DNA from: Octopus vulgaris
Taxonomy: Eukaryota
Length of the DNA: 64,000 nucleotides
Reading direction: 5' to 3'
Assembly (NCBI GenBank): GCA_951406725.2
Contig: OX597833.1
Span: 41,416,001 to 41,480,000 of the forward strand
The notes below the pieces were generated by a model. The model ran no database searches. It saw only the letters and a list, made by a program, of their open reading frames with translations, and had not been told where the DNA came from. Of this stretch, positions 13,682 through 27,190 are shown in pieces. The translations under genes were made by a program, and so were the position numbers. Positions within the stretch are counted from its first letter, which is position 1. Each line of letters opens with the position of its first letter.

Positions 13682-14090
13682 GGCATGAGCTGGCTGAATC
13701 GATAGCACGCCGGGCAATATGTTTAGCGGCATTTCGTTCGTCATTATCTTCGGTGTTCAAATTCCGGCGAGGTCTACTTCGCCTTTCACCCTTCCGAGTT
13801 CGATAAAATAAGGACCAGTGAAACCCTGGGGTCAATGTAATCGACTAGCTTCCTCTCCTAAAATTTCAGGCCATGTGTCTTTAGTGGAAAAGATTATTAT
13901 TAATATAATTAGGCGGCGAGCTGGCAGAATTGGTAGCACACCGGGCATCAATCTTAGCGGCATTTCGTCTTTACGCTCTGAGGTCAAATGTCACCAGGGT
14001 CGAGCTCACCTTTCATCCTTTCGGGGTCGATAAATTAAGTTCCAGTGCAACACTGGATTTCATGCCTTGTGCCTTTAGCAGAAGGGATTA
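13680..14090 (+). mobile_element. Two degenerate SINE family B copies
   Basis: Head and central domain recognisable twice. Confidence 0.7.
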
Positions 14091-14412
14091 TTATATATAT
14101 ATATATATATATAGGTATATATATATATAGGTATATAGGAATAAAGATATACATATGTGAATGTATGTATATGTGTGTGTGTGTGTGTGTATATATATAA
14201 TCTTTTACTCTCTTTTACTTGTTTCAGTCATTTGACTGCCGCCATGCTGGAGCACCACCTTTAGTCGAGCAAATCGACCCCCAAGACTTATTCTTTGTAA
14301 GCCTAGTTACTTATTCTAGCGGTGTCTTTTGCCGAACCGCTAAGTTACGGGGACGTAAACACACCATCATCGGTTGTCAAGAGATGTTGGGGGGACAAAC
14401 ATAGAGAGACAA

Positions 14413-14472
<60 letters not shown>

Positions 14473-14949
14473 TTATATTATATTAATTATATTATATTAT
14501 ATTATATTAATTATATTATATTAAATCATATTATATCATATTAGAGGAAAAATCAAAACCAAGGCAGAACGAGTATTTCAAGCCATTTAGAATTATTTAA
14601 GTACGGTAAGATGGATTTAGATTCATTTAGATCACAAGTGAACTAAACCTCTCATATTCTGTGGGGGGTGGGGATAAATGTGTGTATGCGTGAATGTGAG
14701 TGCGCGCAGGCACGCGTGTGAAAATTAGAAGTATAAAGTAAAAGTAAAAAAAGATATGCATGTATATCATACATTTTTCAAATATAGATTAGACGCAAGC
14801 ATGCCAGTATGTTGAAGAAAGCTCTCTTTTAATAACTACGTAATTTGGGGTTCGATCCCGCTTTACAGCATCTCATCGAGTTTCAATTATCACAGTTTCG
14901 ACTTGACCGTTAGTCTGTAAGTGGAATTTGTTTGGCAGAAACTGTGCAC

Positions 14950-15555
14950 AAGGCGGCGAGCTGGCAGAATCGTTAGCACGCCGGGCGAAATGCTTACCGG
15001 TATTTCGTCTGCCGTTACGTTGTGAGTTCAAATTCCGCCGAGGTCGACTTTGCCTTTCATCCTTTCGGAGTCGATAAATTAAGTACCAGTTAAGCACTGG
15101 GGTCGATATAATCGATTTAATACATATGTCTGTCCATGTTTGTCTCCTCTATGTTTAGCCCCTTGTGGGTAATAAAGAAATAGGTATTTCGTCTGCCGCT
15201 ACGTTCCGAGTTCAAATTCCACCGAGGTCGACTTTGCCTTTCATCCTTTCGGGGTCGATTAAATAAGTACCAGTTACACACTGTGGTCGATATAATCGAC
15301 TTACTCCGTTTGTCTGTCCTTGTTCGTCCTCTCTGTGTTTAGCCCCTTGTGGGTTGTTAAGAAATAGTTATTTTGTCTCCCGCAACGTTCTGAGTTCAAA
15401 TTCCGCCGAAGTAAACTTTGCCTTTCATCCTTTCGGGGTCGATAAATTAAGTACCAGTTACGCACTGGGGTCGATATAAATTGACTTAATCCGTTTGTCT
15501 GTCCTTGTTTGTCCCCTCTATGTTTAGCCCCTTGTGGGCAATAATGAAATAAGAA
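14950..15555 (+). mobile_element. Trimeric SINE family B array (184-bp period)
   Basis: Unit restarts at 15000, 15184 and 15368; only the first unit has the head. Confidence 0.9.
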
Positions 15556-15894
15556 ACAGTGCACATGCCTGTCCTGCACACACATACACACGCACGCACG
15601 CACGCCACACATGCGCGCGGGTGTATGAATGCATGTGTGTACGTCTGTACGCGCGTTTGCATGTTTCTTTGCGCGTGTGTACGTGATTAGTTCTGACCAG
15701 TTGAAAAACGGTATTTGACGAAGCGTGTGCGTTGTTTTGTGTTGGCTTGTATGAAATGGTAAGTATGTCTGGAAGGATGTATGCCACTATGAATGCTTGT
15801 GTGTGGGTGGTTGTGCAAATTGCAGTCAATATTAAAATGTGTACATGAAAGTTCGGGTGGCTAATTGTGCGTACGTGCGTGCATGTGAGTGTGC

Positions 15895-15930
<36 letters not shown>

Positions 15931-16079
15931 TTCAGTAAGTTTTGCGTGTGTGTATGTGTATAACATGCACGTGTCTCTGAGTCTGTATGTGCGTGCGTGT
16001 ATATATATCTCTCTGTATGGAGTGTATGTTGAAAACTTATCAGTTTAAAAACTTATCAGTATCCAAGTTTGAAAAAAAA

Positions 16080-16123
16080 AAGCAAGGCAGGCGTCAAATA
16101 GAGAGAGAGAGAGAGTGGGTGGA

Positions 16124-16163
<40 letters not shown>

Positions 16164-16234
16164 AGATGGAGAGAGAGAGAGAGAGAGAGAGTGGGTGGAG
16201 ATGGAGAGAGAGAGAGAGAGAGAGAGTGGGTGGA

Positions 16235-16274
<40 letters not shown>

Positions 16275-16525
16275 AAGAGATAGAGAGAGTAAGAGGGGAG
16301 AAGGCAAAGGGAAAAAAATGAAAGAAAGAAAGAAAAAAAGACATTGAGTCAGAGAGATAAAAGGCAGAAATGGAGAAAATGCAGATGGAAAATGAGAAAG
16401 AAAACAAAGGAAGAGGAAAATAAAGGGAAGAGACCAATAAAAGAAAGGAAGAAAGAATTAAATGTAAGCAAAAAGGAAAAAATTAGAGAAAGAGAGAAAA
16501 AAGAAAGGACGAAGGTGTTGAAATA
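16080..16525 (+). repeat. Polypurine tract: (GA)n with four GTGGGTGGAGATGGA units, then A/G-rich low complexity
   Basis: Directly visible. Confidence 0.9.
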
Positions 16526-17217
16526 GGAATTACTATTTAACTTATTTTTTATTAATATTTTTTATTCCTTTTTTAAATATTTTTTTGTTTAAATCAGATC
16601 CTGCCCAATATATTTTCACACACACGGAAGCACGCCCGCACGCACACACACACACAAACATATGCATGTATGTATGCATGCGTGCATATACACGCACGCA
16701 CAAATCTACACACACACATGCATACTTACATACATACATACATACATACTCTCTCACTCCCTCCCTCCATCACGTACACATACATACATATAGAAAGGTT
16801 GTTTGTGGATTAACTGTAATCCCTCGCCTTGTATATTACCGGTATTAGTTTATCATTTTTAACCACTTCTCACATACCAGCCTTCGAAGCTTTTTTGGGG
16901 GGAAGAGAAAAAACTTTTAAACAACAAAACAAACACGGCAATCAAACTATAACACGCATGCTAAGCTAAGATTCGATCTCACGACACCGAAAGTACTGAA
17001 ACAGATATTGTATACAAGGAAAGAGGGGGAAAAATTCATTAAATATTACACTCCAATAATCTTTGTGGTCTCTCCCACCACCCTAGCACAAATATTACTA
17101 ATATTACGACGATTCTTCACATTACTTCAGGTTACACATGCTTTAACAACAAATATATAATTTATAACCCGAATTTAACTTATTCTTTGCTGCCTGTATG
17201 TATATAAGAAAAGCAAC

Positions 17218-17519
17218 ATGGATTTTTTCTATAAATTTATATTTCTTACTGTTTCGTCTGGACTTAGCTGTTGGGGATTTCAACAGTTGACGGAAGAGGA
17301 AAGCACTAAGTTGGAAAGGTTTGTAGCCTTATCGGTCCAATGTTCTGGTGCTCACGCTGCCAGTGTGTCGCTTATACGTAACTCCACCGTACTTTACAGG
17401 AATGGTTACGGTCATGGAAGTCCGCCGATCGATAAGAACACGACTTTCTGTATTGGAGGTTTGACCAAGCTGTTCACAGCCGTCTTACTATCAAAACTTA
17501 TCGATGCTCGCAACAGCAG
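17218..17519 (+). CDS. First coding exon of a secreted beta-lactamase-related (PBP/serine hydrolase family) protein, SxxK replaced by GxxK
   Basis: Good start context CAACATGG; N-terminal hydrophobic signal-like peptide; family-typical segments SVSLIRN..VLYRNGYG and IDKNTTFCIGGLTKLFTAVLL; strong donor CAG|GTAAGC at 17519/17520 (phase 2). Later exons not found in the window. Confidence 0.85.
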
Positions 17520-17891
17520 GTAAGCAACGCATAAAAGTATTGGCTTTTGCATACACACAAACACACACACACACACAGTGTCTCTCTCACTATCTCTCTT
17601 TCTTTCTCTATCACAAACACGCACACACTTGTTCTCTCTCTCTCTCTTCTTTCTCGGGCCCCCACTTTTCCATTTATAAATATAATTTATTATGTATTCT
17701 AGCTATCGTTAAATTTCTTACTAATTACCTATCACACTACTTATCTCTCTATATATATATTTATATGTATATATATACATACACACACACACATATATAT
17801 ATGAATGAACAAAGACTTCTCTCTTTATATCTATCTATTCTTCCACCCATTTATCTATGTATGCTTATTTGTCTACCTATCTACATCTCTC

Positions 17892-17956
<65 letters not shown>

Positions 17957-18330
17957 CTATCTCTATCTTTCTTGAAATATTTTTTACAAGGTCTCCAAGT
18001 TCACAGATAAGAGCTAATAATTCGAGGTGTTGATTCTTTTGCCAACAGTATCGCTTTTGTTTTGCTGCAACTGTATTTCCAAAATTACTATTTACAATCG
18101 GAACGTATGCACGCGCGTGCTTGTGTGTAAGTCGTATGTGATAGGGAGAGAGAGAGAGAGAAAGAGAGGGGGGAGAAAAGAAAGAAAGAAAGAAAGAAAG
18201 AAAGCGGTAACTGGCATATCTCATTCTTTCTCTCACTCTCCACACACACAAATACACACACATCACACACATACGCAAACACGCATTCACACACACATTT
18301 GTTTATAATATATATAAATACATACATGCG

Positions 18331-18565
<235 letters not shown>

Positions 18566-18765
18566 GTGCGCGTGTGTGTGTGTGTGTGTGTGTGTATTCA
18601 TATGGCATCTTACTTTATAAATAGTATGAAAAGTAACAGAAAATATGTAACACTCGATGCAGAGCTGTGAAAATGTATTTGTACATATAAAGCTATGCGA
18701 GTAAACTTATCGTATAGATTACCATTGATTTTGCGGTCATGGTCTTCAAAGGCAACGTGTGTGTA

Positions 18766-18796
<31 letters not shown>

Positions 18797-20307
18797 ACAC
18801 ATACGTACGTGCATACATGCATATGCATGCGTATGGCTACGTATATTGCACAATGCTATTAGAAATTCAATGTGTATGTAATCTATACAAGAAAGCAGTT
18901 CATGAGCTAGCTTTTTTTAAAGTGAGAAAAAGAAACATAATTAATGCATTAAGCTACAAATGAAAGAAAGATATCTAGACGTTTCGGACAATTTGTCTTT
19001 CGTCAAGATAGAGTGATGAAGAAAAAGAGAAAGTTTTATTGCCCGATAAAAAGTGTGTTTGTGATTTTTGCTATTATATGGTTCTAAGAATATGGTTAAA
19101 ATGGTTTTAAAACACGATTTTCATTATCCAATTATTATCCAGGTTACAGACTCAGAGTAATTCATCTTTTTATGTTCTTTACGAAAATTAAAATTAACTC
19201 TGGTATGATTTAATCTCAAAAATGTGAACTGAAGGAACTAAATATTGCAAACTCTTTTCCTTGATATCATAACGATTCTGACAATCTTTGTTACCAAATT
19301 ACTGGTGCGTTAACAGCGTTTCCTTTCAATATATTGTATTACACTAGAGAATATATCTATAGATTCTAGCCAGCACTGTATGTGTACACAGGTATAAATA
19401 GCTTGTCATTGCATACAATATTTTAATAGCCAACTGAACTAATTTCGGTCTTTAATTGGGATTTCTTTAGCGACAGAGATACTGACCACCAACCCACTGT
19501 TATTAAGGGTGTAAGTAAATTGAATGACCCAATTGGCATATATGAATATACATACATGCATGCATGCATACATACATATTGTATGTATATACACCTGGAT
19601 CCTTGGATCTTACATTTACACGGCATTATATATATATGTGTGTGTGTGTGTGTGCATGTATGTATATATGTATGTATATGTGTATATATATATGTGTGTG
19701 TGTGTATATATATATATGTGTGTATATATGTATATGTGTATATGTATGTATATGTATATGTATATGTGTATATATGTGTATATGTATATATATGTGTGTG
19801 TGTGTATATATATATATATGCGGATGTATATATGTATATGTATATTTGTATATGTATATATATGTATGTATATATATATACACACACATGTATATACACA
19901 TATGTATATAGAGATAGATAGATATGTATGTATATATGCATACACACACACACACACATGCACACATGGTTCTTGACAGTTCGATTAACCAAATTACCGG
20001 CGCGTTAAGCGCGTTCCAAAGTTATCCTGCAGGGGTGTAGCGTGGACAGAGCAACTGGTATGAGTGCCCCCGGCACAAGACTCTTAGACGCGCAAAATTT
20101 CAAAACAAAAGATAAAGTAGTAATGATAAATGTTTATATCTACAGATTTTAGCCAATACTGTACCTAAGGTTTTATATACAATTTCTTCCTGGATGGAAA
20201 AAGAGAGATCCACCGTGTATAAAGGTGCACAAATATATTATCACACTGCGAAAATATTAGAAAAACAAAAATTGAAAATATATTTTAAACAAAATATAAA
20301 TATTATA

Positions 20308-20467
20308 GGCGCAGAAGTGGCTGTGTGGTAAGTAGCTTGCTTACCAACTACATGTTTCCGGGTTCAGTCCCACTGCGTGGCACCTTGGGCAAGTGTCCTC
20401 TACTATAGCCTCGAGCCGACCAAAGCCTTGTGAGTGGATTTGGTAGACGGAAACTGAAAGAAGCCCG

Positions 20468-20522
<55 letters not shown>

Positions 20523-21053
20523 TTCCCCCAACATCGCTTGGCAACCGATGCTGGTGTGTTCGGTATTTGAAGATATATAAAAGTCCTGAAAATATTTTGA
20601 AAAACTGGGTGCATTAAAATAATGATAAAAACAAACAAATCAAAATAGTTTTTATAAAAGTAGAAGATATAGGCGCAGGAGTGGCTGTGTGGTAAGTAGC
20701 TTGCTTACCAAGCACATGGTTCCGGGTTCAGTCCCACTGCGTGGCACCTTGGCAAGTGTCTTCTACTATAGCCTCGGGCCGACCAAAGCCTTGTGAGTGG
20801 ATTTGGTAGACGGAAACTGAAAGAAGCCCATCGTATATATGTATATACGTTTGTGTGTGTCTGTGTTTGTCCCCCCAATATCGCTTGACAACCGATGCTG
20901 GTGTGTTTACGTCCCCGTAACTTAGCGGTTCGGCAAAAGGGACTGATAGAATAAGTACTAGGCTTACAAAGAATAAGTCCCGGGTTCGATTTGCTCGACT
21001 AAAGGCGGTGCTCCAGCATGGCCGCAGTCAAATGACTGAAAACAGTAAAAGAG
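20308..21053 (+). mobile_element. Two SINE family A copies (20308-20560 3'-truncated; 20672-21053 full)
   Basis: GGCGCAGGAGTGGCTGTGTGG-type heads; second copy ends in the GTAAAAGAG tail. Confidence 0.9.
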
Positions 21054-21252
21054 TATATAAAAAATGTATTTTTTTAGAAAACCCTGAAAATATTTAAAAA
21101 AAAAAAAAAAAAGCAACCTGCTAAAAAAATTTTAAAACAACTGAAAATATAAAAATTCGTGCAGATAAAAAACAATCCTGAGAAGATAAAATCAAATTGA
21201 AAATAAAAATGACCCCACCCATGTCTTCTTACTATTTTTTTTTTTTTTTTTT

Positions 21253-21470
21253 TGTACTTGTTTCAGTCATTTGACTGCGGCCATGCTGGAGCACCGCCTT
21301 TAGAGTGGTGAAAGAGTACAGCAGGGATCACCACATCCCGCCGGAGCCTCGTGGAGCTTTTAGGTGTTTTTTCGCTCAATAAACACACACAACGCCCGGT
21401 CTGGGAATCGAAACCGCGATCCTCCGACCGCAAGTCCGCTGCCCTAACCACTAGGCCATTGCGCCTCCAC
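21253..21470 (-). mobile_element. Chimeric SINE: family C head joined to family A 3' end
   Basis: 21305-21470 matches family C; 21253-21303 matches the family A tail. Confidence 0.7.
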
Positions 21471-22083
21471 TATATTTAAAAATAGTAACTCTTACGTAGG
21501 GCTTTTTCCTTGAGCTTGTAAAATAATGTATTTCTTTTTTACGACCTTAAAAACCATCCGTTTACACACATACACACAGAGAAATCTAACAACACATCCA
21601 CTGAATATATTCAGAGTATTCCTCAGTAATCTCCCCTCGATACAAGGGGTTTCCTCATTTTCGATCTGCAAAAAGGCAGCTTCCACCACCACCATCACCA
21701 CCACACACGCACACACACGCTGTTTATTATGTGTTCTCCACACGTGTCCTCAATTTGTAAAAGACGGTCATCACAGCGCCAAAAATAAATCTGAACTCAA
21801 ATTGCTTATTCTTTTATTCATCCTAAAAGGTTTCACACTGTGTCGTGGCCATGCTACAATACCGAATATTCAAAAAAGATTTTGTTTCTTCATTTCGCAT
21901 AATGTATCTCCTCCTCCTCCTTCTTCTTCTTCTTCTTCTTCTTCTTTACTCCTAGGTGGCCCCCGCCCAACGACAAAAAGCATTCCAGCCATGACCCTCA
22001 CGTATTTTTTCTCAAGCATTGCGTATTTATTAGTTATAGATATGTTTTTGTGTTTGCGTGTGTGTTTTTATTTTATTTTTATA

Positions 22084-22475
22084 GGCGCAGGTGTGGGTGT
22101 GTAGTAAAAAACCTGCTTCCCAGCGACATGGTTCCGGGTTCAGTCCCATTGCATGGTACCTTGGTCTTCTACTATAGCCTCACCCTGACCAGAGCGCTGT
22201 GAGTGGATTTGGCAGACGGAAACTGAAAGAAGCCCGTATACATACATATATATATATATATATACATGTGTGTGTGTGTGCTCGTGTCAGTATTTGTCTC
22301 CTACCACCATTTGACAACCGGTGTCGGTTTGTTTACGTCTCCATAACAGCGGTTCGGCAAAAGAGACCTATATAATAAGAACTGGGGTTGATTAATTCGA
22401 CCAAAAATTCTTCAAGGCGGTGCCCCAGCTTGGCCGCAGTCTAATGACTGAAACAAGTAAAAGATAAAAGATAAA
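22084..22475 (+). mobile_element. SINE family A (older variant)
   Basis: Head to tail recognisable; a similar older copy lies at 23055-23450. Confidence 0.8.
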
Positions 22476-23197
22476 ATATTTTTTTAAGAGTGAGTATGAT
22501 TTAAGGAAAATTTGACTGCTATTTCTAGCCGTTCGAACGATCACGTAACAACAGCCCCTGAGTTGTCTTCTGCAAAGATTTATTGTTTGACATTCCGTAA
22601 GTTTCAGATGACAAACTGTATCCGGTACATTCGACTATAGACACCCATAATGATATTTCCAAATAACTCCCAACGTCATAACGGCCACAAATTTTTATAG
22701 GCTCTCTCTCGCTCGCGCGGAGCAGGAAGGATAATGCTGCCAAATCCCTCAAATCCCGCCCTTGCATTAGATAATGCAGTGACTTGATAGCTCGCACCAA
22801 TAAAAGAGGCAGGAAGGTCGCGGTTGAAATTCTTTTAATCATTGCTCAGTCAGCAACAACTCGGCTTCTATAGTTGACTAAGTAACTTACTCCTGCCGTG
22901 TAACTGATATTCGCGTTGTATGCTGGTGTTTATCCCCATATCAGCCCAGATTTAGCAGACCTATGATTAAAGGCGTTCCATCTGTGACATTCCTGTCCTT
23001 TAGAAAAATATATAATAAACAGTATATCTGACAGCATTATCTAATATTTCTATATGGTTGAGAAGTTCGCTTCCTAGCTTTCTGGTCTTGGGTTCAGTCC
23101 CACTACGCGACACCTTGGGCAGGTGTCTTCCGCTATAGCCACGGACTGACCAAATGCCTTGTGGGAGGAACTGTAGACGGAAACTGAAAGAAGCCCG

Positions 23198-23245
<48 letters not shown>

Positions 23246-24052
23246 TTGTGTTGTGTTTGCCCCACCACAGCTTGACAGTTGGTGTTGATTTGTTTACTTA
23301 CCCGTAACTTGGCAGTTCGGCAAAACTGCCTCGATAGAATAAGTACCAAACTTTAAAAATATGTTATGGGGTCAATTTGTTCGGCTAAAAACCCCTGAAG
23401 GCGGTATCCCAACATGGTCGTAATCCAGTGACTGAAACAAGTAAAAGATAAAAAAATAATGACGTTAGGGTGTGATTTGGAGTAGATTCAACTGCTATTT
23501 CTAACAAATCGAGTGAGCACATAGACGTTTTCTCATGTTTTGATATAGATGTTGTTGTTGTTTAGCCCCAGGTCAGCTATACTCCAGCAGACCTATGATT
23601 TAAAAAATGTTTCACCTGTAACAATACCGTTTTTTTTTCTTCTTTCATTTAGAAAGCAAATCTAGCTCTACATTATCAAATGTGTCCCCACCCCACCTCC
23701 CAACCTTTTTTAATGATTGAATGTAATTTGAGGGAGATTTGCTGTTATTTCAAGCCGAACAAGCAACCTCCTGAAGCTTAGTCTGAAGGATGAAGCTTAG
23801 ACTGAAGGATGATGCTAACTTCGGCAGTCTTTCCTAACACAGCACGCTCAAACTACCATGAGCCAACGAATGGCCCTCTACTTGGTTGTTGGCCTAGTAG
23901 AAACTATAGTCAAACCACCCAAGGAGAGACATACTGGATAATGAACTCCTGCATAGTGCCGAGAAGACGTGACTGGAACACCTTTCACTGTGTTCAATAA
24001 GAGCTGGCATGCAACAACAGCAAAATAAGACATCCTTATCAACTGTGTGTGT

Positions 24053-24288
24053 AAGGCGGCGAGCTGGCAGAAACGTTAGCACGCTGGGCGAAATGCTTAG
24101 CCGTATTTCGTCTGCCGCTACGTTCTGAGTTCAAATTCCGCCGAGGTTGACTTTGCCTTTCATCCTTTCGGGGTCGATAAATTAAGTACCAGTTACGCAC
24201 TGGGGTCGATATAATCGACTTAATCCGTTTGTCTGTCCTTGTTTGTCCCTTCTGTGTTTAGCCCCTTGTGAGTAGTAAAGAAACAGGT
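24053..24288 (+). mobile_element. SINE family B monomer
   Basis: AAGGCGGCGAGCTGGCAGAA head to AAAGAAACAG end. Confidence 0.9.
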
Positions 24289-25772
24289 AATCTTCTTAAC
24301 CACACAGCCATGCCTGCGCCTATGGCGATAATTTTATAATGAGCTTTAAATTAGTTTGTTTTAGAAGGTGAGGAAATAGCTTTTACAGTCTTACTCCCCT
24401 ATTTGTAAGATTGATTATGGTTGCTGTTCATACTTAAACATCTGTAGGAAAACTAGGAAACCTGTGAACAGTCAACTTGTTTCAAATTTCATTCATAAGG
24501 CTTTGGTCAACCACAGGCTGTGAATAGTAGAAAATGTTTGCCTAAGCATCGGGAGTAGGATCAGATCTATAACTATGCCGAAGCAAAGTGACAGAATTCT
24601 GGAAAGTCGTATTTCTAGGAGGGGTTTCCTTAGAGTGAAATTCGAGTAATGAGGGCGAGGTAGGTGTTGTCTTAGAGTTGCAATCCAGGTACCGAGTGGA
24701 TAGTAAAACGCAGTGTAGATGGAGGAGGCATAAAGCTTATAAAGTCTTGTTTTCTTTTCATCATTCTGATGTCACTAAAGTACCAGCTGTTTATCATTTG
24801 GTTCGGTTATGTAATTAAGAAGTTCACTTTGGATCTACGTTGCTTTCGATTCGATCTCACAGCGTAGTACATTAGGAAAGTGTCTTCTACAATAGCGACT
24901 AAAACCTTATGAGTGGAAGACCCATCTTGAGTGATAGACTTAATCCGTCAAGTGGGGTTACAAGACCATTTGGCTCATGGTTGCCTTAGTAGCATTATAG
25001 GTCTTCAGACAAATCAATGCGCTGGACCCTGTAGTACTTTATATTTTGTCAACAATAAGCTACAACATACGTAAATCAGAATTGGGCTCCTAGGCCCGTG
25101 AGTCCCCCGGACAACTACCCAGTGTGCCCAGGCCTTAACACGGCACCGGTTGCGTTTGCGGGAACCACTTTCTGTTGCAAACATTCAGATTGGGTCCCTA
25201 GACTAAGGATAATGTTTTACTTTCCTCCCACCAGTCTTCGAGACATTGAAAAGAATCAGACGCGGTCCCAGGAATTTTTCGAAGGAAGGTCAGAAGGGAA
25301 TACAATCCCAGAAGACAAGGGCGTAATAACATTATTTAGAAGGGCGCACTTCTTTTCTTGAGGGAGGGGGGCACGTGCTCCTCAAGCCCCACCTTGCGTT
25401 CGCCCCTGAGAATGATAGGTGCTACCCCCTTACTCATCTTAAGCTAAAGTTATTCAAAACAAAAACATCAACCCCAATAAAACAGAACAATGATTAAAGG
25501 CGTTCACTCTATGACTTTTTTTTATCTAATGTGTCCTTCCATCTTTTAAGTTTCAAGACGGTTTCAAAGATAAACTGGTTGCTACTTTTAGCAGGTCTTG
25601 CAACCACGATTTATATACTCTCTGACTTTAATAAATAGCACTAATATTAAGCAACACATTTTAATCGGCTACATTCTTTCCCTCGACACATGTGTGGCCT
25701 TGGGGGAATAGAAATAATTTTTTCAAGAACGATTCTCCTTTGGTGATATTTAATTTAGTTTGATAAATATCC

Positions 25773-25863
<91 letters not shown>

Positions 25864-25950
25864 GTTCTGTCTACATAAGAAATATCTGGGGGGGGGGGTA
25901 TTGTACTGTATTTTATACAAATAGTAGAAACCACAAATATAGATACAGAC

Positions 25951-26025
<75 letters not shown>

Positions 26026-26048
26026 TGTGTTCAGTTGAAACTACAAAT

Positions 26049-26091
<43 letters not shown>

Positions 26092-26094
<3 letters not shown>

Positions 26095-26319
26095 TAATCC
26101 CTCGACTATTGCCTGTGTTGGGTTCCAAAAACCCCTGCAATAGGTGAAAATCCGCGAAGTTGAAACGGTACTGTACTGTATATATTTTTTTATTATCTTT
26201 ATAATTTGTATATATTTATTTTGTTATAAATGCAAAACAACACCACAGAGGAAACAATGTCAGCTTAAATAATAAACTGCGATAGGTGAACCGTGATATG
26301 GCGAGGCACTACACTACTG
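26092..26319. mobile_element. Tigger/pogo-type MITE
   Basis: TA-flanked imperfect TIRs (T)AGTAATCCCTCG... / ...CGAGGCACTACACTACTG; subterminal CTGC(A/G)ATAGGTGAA repeated. Confidence 0.6.
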
Positions 26320-26354
26320 TATACATAAAATGGAAGTCACACACACACACAAAC

Positions 26355-26429
<75 letters not shown>

Positions 26430-26677
26430 AGCCAAGAATTGGGATCACTTTTGGATGGTATCTTTGAGTTAGCAATAATCGGGTAATAACATTAAGCGGA
26501 GGATATCACAATATCCTGAGTAAGTTTCAAATCCACAGACTATAACCAACATATTTATATATTTAGGTATTTAATCTACACATAATGAAGCTTTCTTTAA
26601 ATTTGTTCGTAGTTTGACCGTGTATATATAAGCACAACTCCCTCTCTATCTCTATCTCTCTCTCACTCTCTCTCTCA

Positions 26678-26711
<34 letters not shown>

Positions 26712-26719
<8 letters not shown>

Positions 26720-27004
26720 ATCACGTGACCGACCAGACCATCAGATGTTGCTACACAACGCTGGTCACAATGGGTTCGCATTGTTTTAGCCTTCGAATGA
26801 CGCCACCCCGCTGGCTAAGCGAACAGGCCAACAGAAGAAAGAGTGAGAGAAAGAGTGGTGAAAGAGTACAGCAGGGATCACCACCCCCTGCCGGAGCCTC
26901 GTGGAGCTTTTAGGTGTTTTCGCTCAATAAACACTCACAACGCCCGGTCTAGGAATCGAAACCGCGAGTCCGCTGCCCTAACCACTAGGCCATTGCGCCT
27001 CCAC
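26712..27004 (-). mobile_element. SINE family C
   Basis: Reverse complement of 11071-11375. Confidence 0.85.
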
Positions 27005-27013
27005 ATATATATA

Positions 27014-27190
27014 TAGTTAATCCAAACATGAAAACATAAAGAGAAAACACAACAACGCGCGGACGTGGAACAAGTATAGTGTCATTGGACGCTCAGGAAA
27101 GGAAAGAAAGGAGGATTCAACGTTTCGAGCGGAGCTCTTCGTCAGAAACATAGAAAAAAGAAAGATCCAAGGAAGGGAAGACGGATATAC
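27014..27190 (-). mobile_element. Penelope-like short repeat (family D) carrying a minimal hammerhead at ~27114-27149
   Basis: Minus strand GTTT-CTGACGA-A-GAGC-TCC-GCTC-GAAA-CG-TT-GAAT; other copies at 31270-31480 (-) and 41022-41232 (+); all end in (TA)n. Confidence 0.7.

Noticed and set aside
16086-16268. Regularly spaced 15-bp repeats resembling a CRISPR array
   Set aside because: The spacers are just (GA)n; eukaryotic context and no cas genes.
17200-17210. TATATAAG upstream of the ATG as a TATA box
   Set aside because: Only ~10 bp from the start codon, and TA-rich motifs are ubiquitous here.
19471-19510. Candidate mini-exon ending in GT|GTAAGT (DRDTDHQPTVIKG)
   Set aside because: Splice-like signals only; the peptide has no family resemblance.
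22525-22842. 105-aa minus-strand ORF containing LRDL
   Set aside because: Wrong strand for the gene, overlaps decayed repeats, no recognisable domain.
25258-25408. Possible hAT MITE (CAGACGCGG...CGCCCCTG)
   Set aside because: TIR match is weak and the flanks give no convincing TSD.
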